A DNA stretch of 64,000 nt, taken from NCBI GenBank assembly GCA_022749815.1, contig JAKIWV010000001.1:452124-516123 (forward strand), read 5' to 3'. This document shows positions 56,358-64,000 of this stretch, in pieces. The stretch's first letter is position 1. Every line of letters starts with the position of its first letter. The notes below the pieces were generated by a model. That model made no database searches. It was not told the DNA's origin and saw only the letters and a list, made by a program, of their open reading frames with translations. The stretch comes from Thermoplasmata archaeon (GTDB taxonomy: Archaea > Thermoplasmatota > Thermoplasmata > Lutacidiplasmatales > UBA184). The position numbers and the translations under genes were made by a program.

Positions 56358-57230
56358 TCAGTCTCCGGTGACGTCCTCGAGGAATTCCGCGATCTGGCCG
56401 AGGAACTCCCGGGGCTGCTCGAGCACGGGGTAGTGGCTGCTCCGGGGCAGGATCCGGAGGTGGGCCGTTCGGATCCGGTTGGCCATATCGATCGACGCGT
56501 CCAGGAAGTAATCGTACCGGCCGACGAGCACGAGCATCGGGATGAAGATTTGGGAGTAGTACTTCCGGCCGTCCCAGTGCGCCATCGTGCCATCGAGGAC
56601 AAACTCGTCCCCGGTCCGGGTCATCATGACGTGATAAACTTCTTCGTTGAGCTTCGTCGCCTTCAGGTCGGGCGGGGGCGACGCCGAGAACCGCTCGGAG
56701 AACGGGGCCATGATACGGGCGGCCAGGTCGCGGTATTCCCTGCTCTTGAAGTCGCCCGCGTCGGAGAGTTCGCGAAGGCGCAGGCGAAGGACCGGCGCAG
56801 TGTGGTCGAGGACGTACCGCAGGGCCGCTCGCAGGTCCGCTGCGCCCCCGGCCGTCGCGCACATGAGGAGCGACGTGAGCCGGTCCGGAAACCGGTGGGC
56901 GTACTCGAGTGCCGTAAAGCCGCCCGCGGAGTACCCCAGCAGATGCAGCTCCTTGATGTCGAGGGCCCGGCGGATCGCCTCAATGTCCTCGGCCTGGTTC
57001 TCGATCGTGTACGCGCTGGCGCGAGCGGGTCGCCAAGAGCGGCCGACGCCGCGCGGATTGAAGAGTACGACGCGAAGGTGGGAGTCGGCCAACTTCAGAA
57101 TGGCCCGGAGATAGTGGTAGGTGAATCCAGGTCCGCCGGGGTGGACGAGGAGCGTCGCGGGCCCCCTCCCCCGGGAGACGTACTCGAACCGGCGGTTGCC
57201 GGACACCTTGACGAACCCGGCCGGGGGCAT
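56358..57230 (-). CDS. alpha/beta hydrolase (proline iminopeptidase / epoxide hydrolase-like)
   Basis: HPGGPGF, nucleophile elbow GYSAGG, C-terminal His. Trimmed to the Met of MPPAGFVK (57230). The upstream 72 codons of the track ORF are low-complexity. Confidence 0.75.
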   Translation of the reverse strand: MPPAGFVKVSGNRRFEYVSRGRGPATLLVHPGGPGFTYHYLRAILKLADSHLRVVLFNPRGVGRSWRPARASAYTIENQAEDIEAIRRALDIKELHLLGYSAGGFTALEYAHRFPDRLTSLLMCATAGGAADLRAALRYVLDHTAPVLRLRLRELSDAGDFKSREYRDLAARIMAPFSERFSASPPPDLKATKLNEEVYHVMMTRTGDEFVLDGTMAHWDGRKYYSQIFIPMLVLVGRYDYFLDASIDMANRIRTAHLRILPRSSHYPVLEQPREFLGQIAEFLEDVTGD

Positions 57231-57947
57231 GGGGGCGGCATCGGTCAGCGGGCTTAAGTCCCACCGCCAGCGAAACGCCGCTGTGAGCCACTCCCGCAAG
57301 AAGCTACTCCCACGGGCGGCCCACTCCCACAAACTGCCTTGGGTTTCTCGTTCCCGAGCCGAGGTGGGGAGGTTAAACCCGGACTGAACGCAGCTTGGTC
57401 CACCCGAAGCCAAACCGGGATCTCGGGGGTCCCGATCGTTCCCCATTCGACGGACGTGAGAAAGGGCTCGTGGGAAATTCCTTTAGTGATTCAAGGTTGG
57501 CCCCGATTCCCTCGAACGGAGGAGTGGGAGAGGCCCGCGTCACCGCTGGGAGGGGAAGGAACCCGCTGTGAACCCGCCCGTGGAAGCTCCTCACGCCGCG
57601 GAAGCCGCACGATTGAGGGCGCGGCACCAGCTCCGTCAGGTCCTCTCATTACTCGCGCTTCTGGACGCTGGAGTGTTGATCATAGTAGTTGGTCTCGCAG
57701 TGGCCGGGGCGGAGTTTCGGTGGCCGGCTCCGGAACTCCTCGGGGTGCTCCTTCTCGGAGTAGGTGCCATTCTCAGCGCGCGGGTCATGATTGCAGTGCG
57801 GCTCTATCACCGGTCCGGCAATCTCCTCTGACCGGTGTACGCTGAGGTGGGCCCGAGATCGGTCCGTCGTCGGGGACCGCCCATCGATCGGTGGGCTGGC
57901 ACCTCCGGAGGGTCGTCGGCGACGAAGCTGGCCAGAGTGGACCGGAG

Positions 57948-58021
57948 TGCGGGCACCGGGATTTGAACCCGAGTTATAGGCTTGGCAAGCCTATGTGATA
58001 ACCAGACTACACTATGCCCGC
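57948..58021 (-). tRNA. tRNA-Gly (anticodon GCC), intron-less
   Basis: GCGGGCA-TA-GTGT-AGTCTGGTTA-TCAC-A-TAGGC-TTGCCAA-GCCTA-TAAC-TCGGG-TTCAAAT-CCCGG-TGCCCGC-A. Minus-strand TTTTAGA lies about 29 nt upstream. Confidence 0.8.
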
Positions 58022-58046
58022 AGTCCGCGGGCCATGAGCCGTGCGG

Positions 58047-58053
58047 TCTAAAA
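58047..58053 (-). promoter_or_regulatory. TATA-like box (TTTTAGA on the minus strand) for tRNA-Gly(GCC)
   Basis: About 26-32 nt upstream of the tRNA 5' end at 58021. Confidence 0.35.
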
Positions 58054-58293
58054 CGGCTCCTCCGCAGCCGTTCGCCGCGGAAACGGGACGCCGACGGGCC
58101 GGGTCGATGTAGGGAAGGTTCTTAGCTAGTCGGAGCCACCATGGGGTGCAGTACGAGGCTTCCGGGCGTTCCAGCGACGAGTGGGTTCGCTTCATCCCAC
58201 CCATCGTGAGACGCTGCAAGGGAGCGACTAGGTGGATTGCATCTTTCGTGACGGGTCAGCCTTGAGCTAGCGGAACTTCGGAAGTGAGTAACC

Positions 58294-58605
58294 GTGCGGG
58301 AACGTTCTCGGTCTGGGGTGGTGGTAGGGTCTTCCCTGTTCATCGGACTGGTTATCGGAGGGCTCATTGAGTTTTTCACGCCTTGGCTTGAGGGATTTCT
58401 AGGCGTGAGCGCGGTGGACATCTTTGGGATCGGTCTGGGGATCGTCGAGGGCCCGGCGTTGATCTCCGCCATTGTCCTCGCCCGGAAGGTGACCCGGATG
58501 TGGGTGCGAAGCGCCCTGCAGGCCACCGGGCCGTTCCTCGGTTTCTTCGCCTACGTGGTCGCCTATGGCGTCCTTCGCCACCCTCCGTTCGCCTTCCCGT
58601 TCTGA
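58294..58605 (+). CDS. small hypothetical membrane protein (3 TM)
   Basis: 103 aa, hydrophobic, GC3-rich. Confidence 0.4.
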   Translation: MRERSRSGVVVGSSLFIGLVIGGLIEFFTPWLEGFLGVSAVDIFGIGLGIVEGPALISAIVLARKVTRMWVRSALQATGPFLGFFAYVVAYGVLRHPPFAFPF

Positions 58606-58738
58606 GTGGGTGTTTTCCCGTCAGGTTTTACCGGGGGGTCAGGGCCGCACGTCGGGTTCACCGACGCGGCGTTAATACGCGTGGTTGACTCGCGCTCCGT
58701 CCCCGGGGGTCGAATCCTTCGGACGCGCCGTCGAGGCC

Positions 58739-59533
58739 ATGGGAGAGCAGGAGCACATGAGCGCCGACCGACCGCTGGTCGAGGGCGAGCCGGTCATTGT
58801 CCGGCGTCGTGAGGGGGAAGCCTACCTCCTCGCGTTACGAGCGACACCTCAATCCGTGGAGGGAGTCGGGGTGATCGATCTCTCGGGGCAGGTAGGCGCG
58901 CCGCCCGGTGGAACCATCGAGTGGGCGGGGGCGACCTACCGGATCCTCCGACCGTCCCTCGCCGACCTTTTACGGCAGCTCCGACGGCGCGCCCAGATAA
59001 TCACCCCCAAGGATGCCCAGCAGCTGCTGTACCTCGCTCAAGTGGGCCCCGGTACACGGGTCGCCGAGGCCGGCGCCGGAAGCGGCGCGTTGACCGTGGT
59101 TCTTGCCCACGCGGTGGGAGCTGCGGGGCACGTGGTCTCCTACGATCGTCGCTCCGATTTTCTCGAAGTGGCCCGCCAGAATGTTACCCGCGCCGGATTA
59201 TCCGACCGGGTCCGGTTCGTGGAGCGGGACGTGACGGTGGACGGCTTCGACGAACACCTGCTCGACGGGATCGTCCTGGACGTTCCCGAACCATGGGGGG
59301 CTCTCGAAGCGGCGCGCAAGGCGCTCGCGATCGGGGGGGCCATGGCGGCCTATACTCCGACGTACAACCAGCTCGAGCGAACCGTGCGGACCCTGCGCGA
59401 CCTCGGATTCGAGGAGGTGCGGAGCATCGAGCTTCTCGAACGGACGCTCCACGTCGGCGAGGGAGGGACGCGTCCCGAGTTCGAGATGCTGGGCCACACG
59501 GCCTTCCTCACCGGAGCTCGACGAGTGAGCTGA
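58739..59533 (+). CDS. trmI: tRNA (adenine57/58-N1)-methyltransferase TrmI (Trm61/GCD14 family)
   Basis: IITPKDAQQLLYLAQVGPGTRVAEAGAGSGALTVVLAHAVG..GHVVSYDRR.DFLEVARQNV, DGIVLDVPEPW. Confidence 0.8.
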   Translation: MGEQEHMSADRPLVEGEPVIVRRREGEAYLLALRATPQSVEGVGVIDLSGQVGAPPGGTIEWAGATYRILRPSLADLLRQLRRRAQIITPKDAQQLLYLAQVGPGTRVAEAGAGSGALTVVLAHAVGAAGHVVSYDRRSDFLEVARQNVTRAGLSDRVRFVERDVTVDGFDEHLLDGIVLDVPEPWGALEAARKALAIGGAMAAYTPTYNQLERTVRTLRDLGFEEVRSIELLERTLHVGEGGTRPEFEMLGHTAFLTGARRVS

Positions 59534-59534
59534 C

Positions 59535-60302
59535 GTGGTCGCATTCGGGCTCGAGGTGGGCGGGATCGTTGGGGTGCTCCTATCGGCCGGGTTCGTCTAC
59601 TTCGAGGTCGGAAAGTTTGCCACGCCGCAGGTTCCCAAGTCGCGCTTCGACGAGGGCAAGGCGATCGTCGCCTACGTGGTGGGGCTGTTCGTCGGGATTC
59701 CCCTGGCGCTCGTCTGGATCTTCTTCATGGTCGCGCTGGCCAGCAGAGGGTGGATCTCTGCGATCGTCGACGTGGTGCTGCTCGTGGCCGCAGCGGACAT
59801 CGCCCAGACGGCCCTCCTCCGGACCCATTTCTTCGGCTTCACGCCGGCCGACCCGTTCTACGCCCTCGCCGCTCGCGCGGGGATCGGGGGACTTCTGACG
59901 GTCGGCACGCTCGCGGTATACAATTGGGGCTCCGTGAATGCCCTCAGTCTCGGGCTCGCGTTGCTCCAGTCGCTGGCCCTCGTGTCGATTCAGGTGACCG
60001 CGGGCCTTCGGGGCCTGCTCCCCGCGCCGACCGCGTACTCCGTGCTTAGGCAGCGGCTGGCTTCGTTTGTGTTGCTCATCGTCCTCTACGTGCTCACTTC
60101 GTCCGGCGGTTTCTATGGCACCGCCTACGGATTGGGTGGGGCAGCCATTGCGATCGGCGGGGCGGCGTTCCTCTACTGGGACGCACGACCGACGGTCCTG
60201 GCTCCGTACCGTTCCCGCCCCCGCGCCCCGGCGACGCCCGGAGCGGTGGCGAGCCGATTCAATCGTCGGGCGCCCGGCGACGGCAAGCGAAAGCTTCCAT
60301 GA
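59535..60302 (+). CDS. hypothetical polytopic membrane protein (7-8 TM)
   Basis: The GTG start follows the trmI stop by 1 nt. 255 aa, hydrophobic. Confidence 0.45.
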   Translation: MVAFGLEVGGIVGVLLSAGFVYFEVGKFATPQVPKSRFDEGKAIVAYVVGLFVGIPLALVWIFFMVALASRGWISAIVDVVLLVAAADIAQTALLRTHFFGFTPADPFYALAARAGIGGLLTVGTLAVYNWGSVNALSLGLALLQSLALVSIQVTAGLRGLLPAPTAYSVLRQRLASFVLLIVLYVLTSSGGFYGTAYGLGGAAIAIGGAAFLYWDARPTVLAPYRSRPRAPATPGAVASRFNRRAPGDGKRKLP

Positions 60303-60351
60303 CCGGGACGCCGCGGAGAGAGGCGAAGAAAAGGGTTGGGACTCGCTCGAT

Positions 60352-60870
60352 CTACGGTACCGCGAGTGAGGGGAACACGTTCACGGTGAGCGTGACCACC
60401 ACGAGCAGGACGATGCTCGCGATGAACAGCGCGCCGTTGGCCCGGCGTTCCGAGGCGAGGACCCGACCCTCATCGGCGGTGGTCGCGCTCGAGGACCGAA
60501 GGCCGTAGTGTAGTTTCACCGCGGAGCCAAAGCCGAGCGCGGCCAAGCCGAGGACGGCGATCAGTTTCCCCACCAGGGTGGCGGTGGCTGCGTTGGCCGC
60601 CCAGGTCAATCCGCAGTTCGACGGCGGAGTCCCGGTGACAAAGCACCCGCCAGGGTACGAGACCACGGCGACAATGACCAGCGCCGAGATGAAGATCAGC
60701 AGGAAGCCGACCGCCCGGGAGGCGAAGGAGATCAATCCCCACGGGTCGTGTCGCATATTCGGCAGATAGGGGCCGCCCGCCGGCGCCCACACGGGAGGTG
60801 GGGGCGTGGCCGGAGCGGGGGCGGGAGCGCCGTACGCAGGCGAGGCTCCTTGGGCGGTTGGGCCGGACAT
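60352..60870 (-). CDS. hypothetical membrane protein with Pro/Ala-rich N-terminus
   Basis: Trimmed to MSGPTAQGASPAYGAPAPAPATPPPP... followed by 3 TM helices. The upstream part of the 293-aa track ORF is Arg/Gly low-complexity. Confidence 0.4.
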   Translation of the reverse strand: MSGPTAQGASPAYGAPAPAPATPPPPVWAPAGGPYLPNMRHDPWGLISFASRAVGFLLIFISALVIVAVVSYPGGCFVTGTPPSNCGLTWAANAATATLVGKLIAVLGLAALGFGSAVKLHYGLRSSSATTADEGRVLASERRANGALFIASIVLLVVVTLTVNVFPSLAVP

Positions 60871-60965
60871 GTGAGCCGTTTCCGCCGGTCCGATATTTAA
60901 AGCTTCTCTTCCGTTCGGCCACGTTCCGGCGAGCGGCGGGGGGAGTTCAGGGGAGTCGGGCAGGG

Positions 60966-62003
60966 TTATCGAGGCCCGTCGCGCCCCGCCCGTACCGCCC
61001 AACTCTGCGCCCCTTCCGGCGAAAAGGCGAACTCCATCACCCGGCCACCGGAGGCGACGATCGATTTCGCCACGTCCTGTCGCCGGCGGAAATCGCAGAA
61101 CAGCAGAAGATATCCGCCCCCTCCGGCGCCGGTCAGCTTTCCCCCCACGGCGCCGGCGGCTCGGGCCCGGGCGTAGAACCGGTCGATCTTGGGGTTCGAG
61201 ATCCCCTTGGCGAACCGCTTCTTCGCCTCCCACCCCTCGTGGAGAAGGTGCCCCATCTCGTCGAGGTTTCCGGTGAGAAGCTCCTTCTTCATGCTGAGGG
61301 CGAGGCGCTTCGTCTCGTCCAGGGCGTCGACGGTATCGTGCCGGCGTTCGCGGAACGACCGCGTCTGTCGCTCGATGATGTCACCGGAGTACCGGGTGAT
61401 CCCGGTATAGCAGAGCATCAGCCGGTACTCGAGCTCGTTCAGGATCTCGGGGTCGATCCGGAGGGGATTGACCACGGTGGTCGACCCGAGGAATTCGATG
61501 AAGTTGAACCCGCCAAACGCCGCGGCGTATTGGTCCTGCCGGCCGCCTGGGTCGGCGAGGTCGATCCGCTCGATCCGGAACGCGAGCTCGGCGAGCTCAT
61601 AGGTCGTGAGCGGGATCTTCAGGTACCGGGCGAAGAGCGCCACGAGCGCCACGGTCATCGTGGACGAGCTGCCCAACCCCGTCCGCGGGGGGGCATCGGA
61701 GTGAAGGAACACTTCCCAATCGCTGTCGGTCTGGTGGAAGCGTTTCAGAGTCGCCTTGACGAGGTCGAGCTCCCCGTTGTACACGAAATCCTGGGGGGTG
61801 CGATACTCGGCGGCAACGTCGAAATCCAAGGACTGGACCCGGACCCGCCCTTTCCCGGGCCGGGTGGCGAGCGTGGCGTAGGCGAACTTGTCGATCGTGC
61901 AGTTGAGCACGGCGCCTCCCCGCTCCTCTGGAAACGGTGACACATCGGTTCCCCCACCGGCGAAGGAGATCCGGAGGGGAGCCTTGGCGCGGAAAATGTC
62001 CAT
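60966..62003 (-). CDS. GHMP-family kinase (sugar/heptose-7-phosphate kinase HddA-like)
   Basis: N-terminal APLRISFAGGGTDVSPF, GHMP motif PPRTGLGSSSTMTVALV, and C-terminal GGKLTGAGGGGYLLLF. Confidence 0.7.
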   Translation of the reverse strand: MDIFRAKAPLRISFAGGGTDVSPFPEERGGAVLNCTIDKFAYATLATRPGKGRVRVQSLDFDVAAEYRTPQDFVYNGELDLVKATLKRFHQTDSDWEVFLHSDAPPRTGLGSSSTMTVALVALFARYLKIPLTTYELAELAFRIERIDLADPGGRQDQYAAAFGGFNFIEFLGSTTVVNPLRIDPEILNELEYRLMLCYTGITRYSGDIIERQTRSFRERRHDTVDALDETKRLALSMKKELLTGNLDEMGHLLHEGWEAKKRFAKGISNPKIDRFYARARAAGAVGGKLTGAGGGGYLLLFCDFRRRQDVAKSIVASGGRVMEFAFSPEGAQSWAVRAGRDGPR

Positions 62004-62048
62004 CGCGCGTCGGCCGACGACTCCATAGGCTCATAAACGTGCCCCTTC

Positions 62049-62486
62049 GTGCGGGCGCCGATGCCCTCCCGCTCGCCGAAGCAGACCTTCGACCGGCGGG
62101 TGCGCGATTGGTTCCGGCGGCACCGTTTCGCGGTGGCGATTGTGGTCTTCGCTTCCGGCGTCCTTCTCTCGGTCCTGGCCGCGGGCGACCTGACCCCCCT
62201 CTCGTCCGTCGGACCGTTCCCGACGATCAACGCCGCGACCAACCCGGCGAATGGGGCGAACTACAACCTCGCCTTCCTGATCATCGGCCCGATCGTATCG
62301 ATCATTGGCGCGGTGCTCTTCGGCGGTTACGTGCTTTCTCGGCGACGGTTCGAGCACCTGATGCAGACGAAGAGCAAAGCCGAGTTTCTCCGGAACCTCG
62401 ACTCGATCGAAGAGCTTCTTTGGGATCTGACGCCGAGCGACGAGCAACGGTACCTCGACAAGCGGGCGGAATTCCGGCTTCGTTGA
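62049..62486 (+). CDS. small hypothetical membrane protein (2 TM)
   Basis: 145 aa, two hydrophobic helices, helical C-terminal tail. Confidence 0.35.
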   Translation: MRAPMPSRSPKQTFDRRVRDWFRRHRFAVAIVVFASGVLLSVLAAGDLTPLSSVGPFPTINAATNPANGANYNLAFLIIGPIVSIIGAVLFGGYVLSRRRFEHLMQTKSKAEFLRNLDSIEELLWDLTPSDEQRYLDKRAEFRLR

Positions 62487-62550
62487 ACCGGGCCGGCCGG
62501 ACCTCTGAATCGGCGCGACTTAAGTACCGCCACCCGGTCCCATCGCTCCG

Positions 62551-63432
62551 ATGGCGACGCCGGTCGCGCGGAGCGGTCCGCACGACTTCGCCTTCCGGAA
62601 GCTCTCGAAGCCGGAGGAGTTCCGGAACGCCGAGGAGCTTCAACGCGAGGCCTGGGGACTCACCGATGAACCTCCGACCTCGGGAACCATCCAGCGGGCG
62701 ATCCAGGACAACGGGGGTCTCGTGTTGGGCGCCTTCGCCGACATCTACCTGGCCGGTCTCACCATCGGATTCCTCGCCTGGGACGGCACCCAACTGTACC
62801 ATTATTCGCACATGACCGCGGTGCGACCGCCGTACCAGAACCACCACGTCGGATTCCGGCTCAAGGCCTTCCAGCGGGAAGAGGTGATGAAGCAGGGGCT
62901 CGCCCTCGCGCGGTGGACCTTCGACCCGCTCCAAAGCAAGAACGCCCGGCTCAATGTGCGGCGGCTTGGCGCGCACCCGGATCAGTACCTCGTGCACTAT
63001 TACGGCACGATGGGCTCCGAGTTGAACCGGGGGATGGAGAGCGACCGGGTCCGGGTGACATGGGAACTCACCGACCCCTCAGTGGAGGCGAGGCTTGCCG
63101 GTCAGCTGCCTAGTTCGGAGCAGGACCTGGCGCGGTGGAAGGGGTCCCAGGCGCTCGTGGAGACCTCGGTGGGCGGGACCGGGCTGCGCGTTCCCACCAC
63201 CGTGAGCGAGCCGTCTCGCCCGACGGCGCATCTCGAGATCCCCTTCGATGTGCAGGCGATCCGGAGCCACGAAACCGCGGCGCTCCGGACCTGGCGTCAT
63301 GCCGTCCGGGACGCCTTTCGGGCCGCGTTTGATATGGGGTACCGGGTCGACGATTTCGCCGTCCTGACCCTCGAACACGAGCGGCGGAGCTTCTACTTCT
63401 TGTCGGCCCCGGCACCCCCCTCGCCGGTGTGA
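62551..63432 (+). CDS. hypothetical protein, possibly acyl-CoA N-acyltransferase (GNAT-like) fold
   Basis: 293 aa. Conserved-looking core HVGFRLKAFQREEVMKQGLALARWTFDPLQSKNARLNVRRLGA. The family assignment is tentative. Confidence 0.3.
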   Translation: MATPVARSGPHDFAFRKLSKPEEFRNAEELQREAWGLTDEPPTSGTIQRAIQDNGGLVLGAFADIYLAGLTIGFLAWDGTQLYHYSHMTAVRPPYQNHHVGFRLKAFQREEVMKQGLALARWTFDPLQSKNARLNVRRLGAHPDQYLVHYYGTMGSELNRGMESDRVRVTWELTDPSVEARLAGQLPSSEQDLARWKGSQALVETSVGGTGLRVPTTVSEPSRPTAHLEIPFDVQAIRSHETAALRTWRHAVRDAFRAAFDMGYRVDDFAVLTLEHERRSFYFLSAPAPPSPV

Positions 63433-63436
63433 GCCC

Positions 63437-64000
63437 ATGGTGGCGGTCCGCCGTGTCCGATTGGACGAGCTCGAGCTTCCCCTGGTCGAGCCGTTCGAGA
63501 CGAGTTTCGGGGTCGAGCGGCGGCGGCGCTTCCTCGTGGTCCAGATCGAGGCCGAGGATGGAGAGACGGGTCTCGGCGAGTGCGTCGCGACGCAGCACCC
63601 GCTGTACTCGAGTGAATCCGTTGCGACGGCGCGGTGGATGATCGAGACCTACCTGCTCCCTCTCCTCTGGAAGGAGGGGGCCCTTCCGCCGGATACCTTC
63701 CGGACGAGGGCCCGGGTCTGGCGGGGCCACCCGATGGCCAAAGGGGCCATCGAGATGGCGCTCTGGGACCTGTGGGCTCGACGGCACCGACAATCGCTGG
63801 CCCGGGCGCTGGGCGGCCGTCGCCGCCGGGTGGAGGTCGGCGTTAGCGTCGGAATCCAATCGGACGTTCCGACCCTCGTCCGACGCGTGGGAGAGTATCT
63901 CGCCGAAGGATATGGCCGGATTAAGGTCAAGGTCCGGCCCGGTTGGGATGAACGGCCCGTCGCGGCGCTCCGGAAGGAGTTCCCGGAGCTCCGACTTTGG
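63437..64000 (+). CDS. enolase-superfamily enzyme (o-succinylbenzoate synthase / N-acylamino-acid racemase-like), partial: C-terminus beyond the window end
   Basis: MVAVRRVRLDELELPLVEPFETSFGV...RRFLVVQIEAEDGETGLGEC, AKGAIEMALWDLWAR, and the Lys-x-Lys in GYGRIKVKVRPGW are typical of MR/MLE/OSBS enzymes. Missing from the ORF track because it has no stop in the window. Confidence 0.7.
   Translation, partial: MVAVRRVRLDELELPLVEPFETSFGVERRRRFLVVQIEAEDGETGLGECVATQHPLYSSESVATARWMIETYLLPLLWKEGALPPDTFRTRARVWRGHPMAKGAIEMALWDLWARRHRQSLARALGGRRRRVEVGVSVGIQSDVPTLVRRVGEYLAEGYGRIKVKVRPGWDERPVAALRKEFPELRLW

Noticed and set aside
56290-56862. Upstream 190 codons of the minus ORF 56047-56862
   Set aside because: Antisense to, or overlapping, the alpha/beta hydrolase. 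Only the Rpb6-like tail is real.
60798-61940. 380-aa plus-strand ORF
   Set aside because: Antisense to the GHMP kinase gene, with no motifs.
1-64000. CRISPR arrays, IS elements, integrase or transposase genes, toxin-antitoxin pairs
   Set aside because: I looked for short regularly spaced direct repeats, DDE or tyrosine-recombinase motifs, and small paired ORFs with PIN/RelE/HicB-like signatures and found none. The only repeat families are the tRNA-derived att-like copies, the 126-bp propeller repeats and the GGTGCACC array.

Overview
A 64-kb window, about 65% GC, very probably from an archaeal chromosome. The evidence for archaeal origin: ribosomal protein S3Ae, RNA polymerase subunit K, translin, a split transketolase, two intron-containing tRNAs, FlaI/FlaJ-type pilus genes, TATA boxes 25-30 nt upstream of leaderless genes, and a 5S rRNA gene not linked to 16S/23S (as in Thermoplasmata-like lineages). 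I called about 70 protein genes, 4 tRNAs and one 5S rRNA. Genes include pentose-phosphate (split tkt, tal, rpiA) and nucleotide metabolism (adk, archaeal pyrH, MTAP), a polar amino-acid ABC transporter, and a detoxification-like cluster (SRPBCC, GNAT, VOC, quinone oxidoreductase, GrpB). There is also a MoxR-like AAA+/VWA pair next to an arginine-deiminase-like enzyme. The rest is a Tad-like type IV pilus operon with two FlaI/TadA ATPases and a split FlaJ/TadC, followed by an SPPY-motif DNA methyltransferase with no obvious restriction enzyme partner. The most unusual structures are: (1) a tRNA-Met(CAU)-anchored integration hotspot where two partial copies of the tRNA 3' end plus its downstream flank delimit two cargo islets (17.5-24.2 kb) with no integrase present; (2) the pilus operon with two ATPases; (3) an array of four GGTGCACC palindromes at an islet junction; (4) a lone 5S rRNA with its own TATA box next to a low-GC, poorly coding 2.3-kb stretch. 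Many long ORFs in the six-frame track are high-GC antisense artefacts, or 5' read-through extensions of real genes, and were trimmed or rejected.
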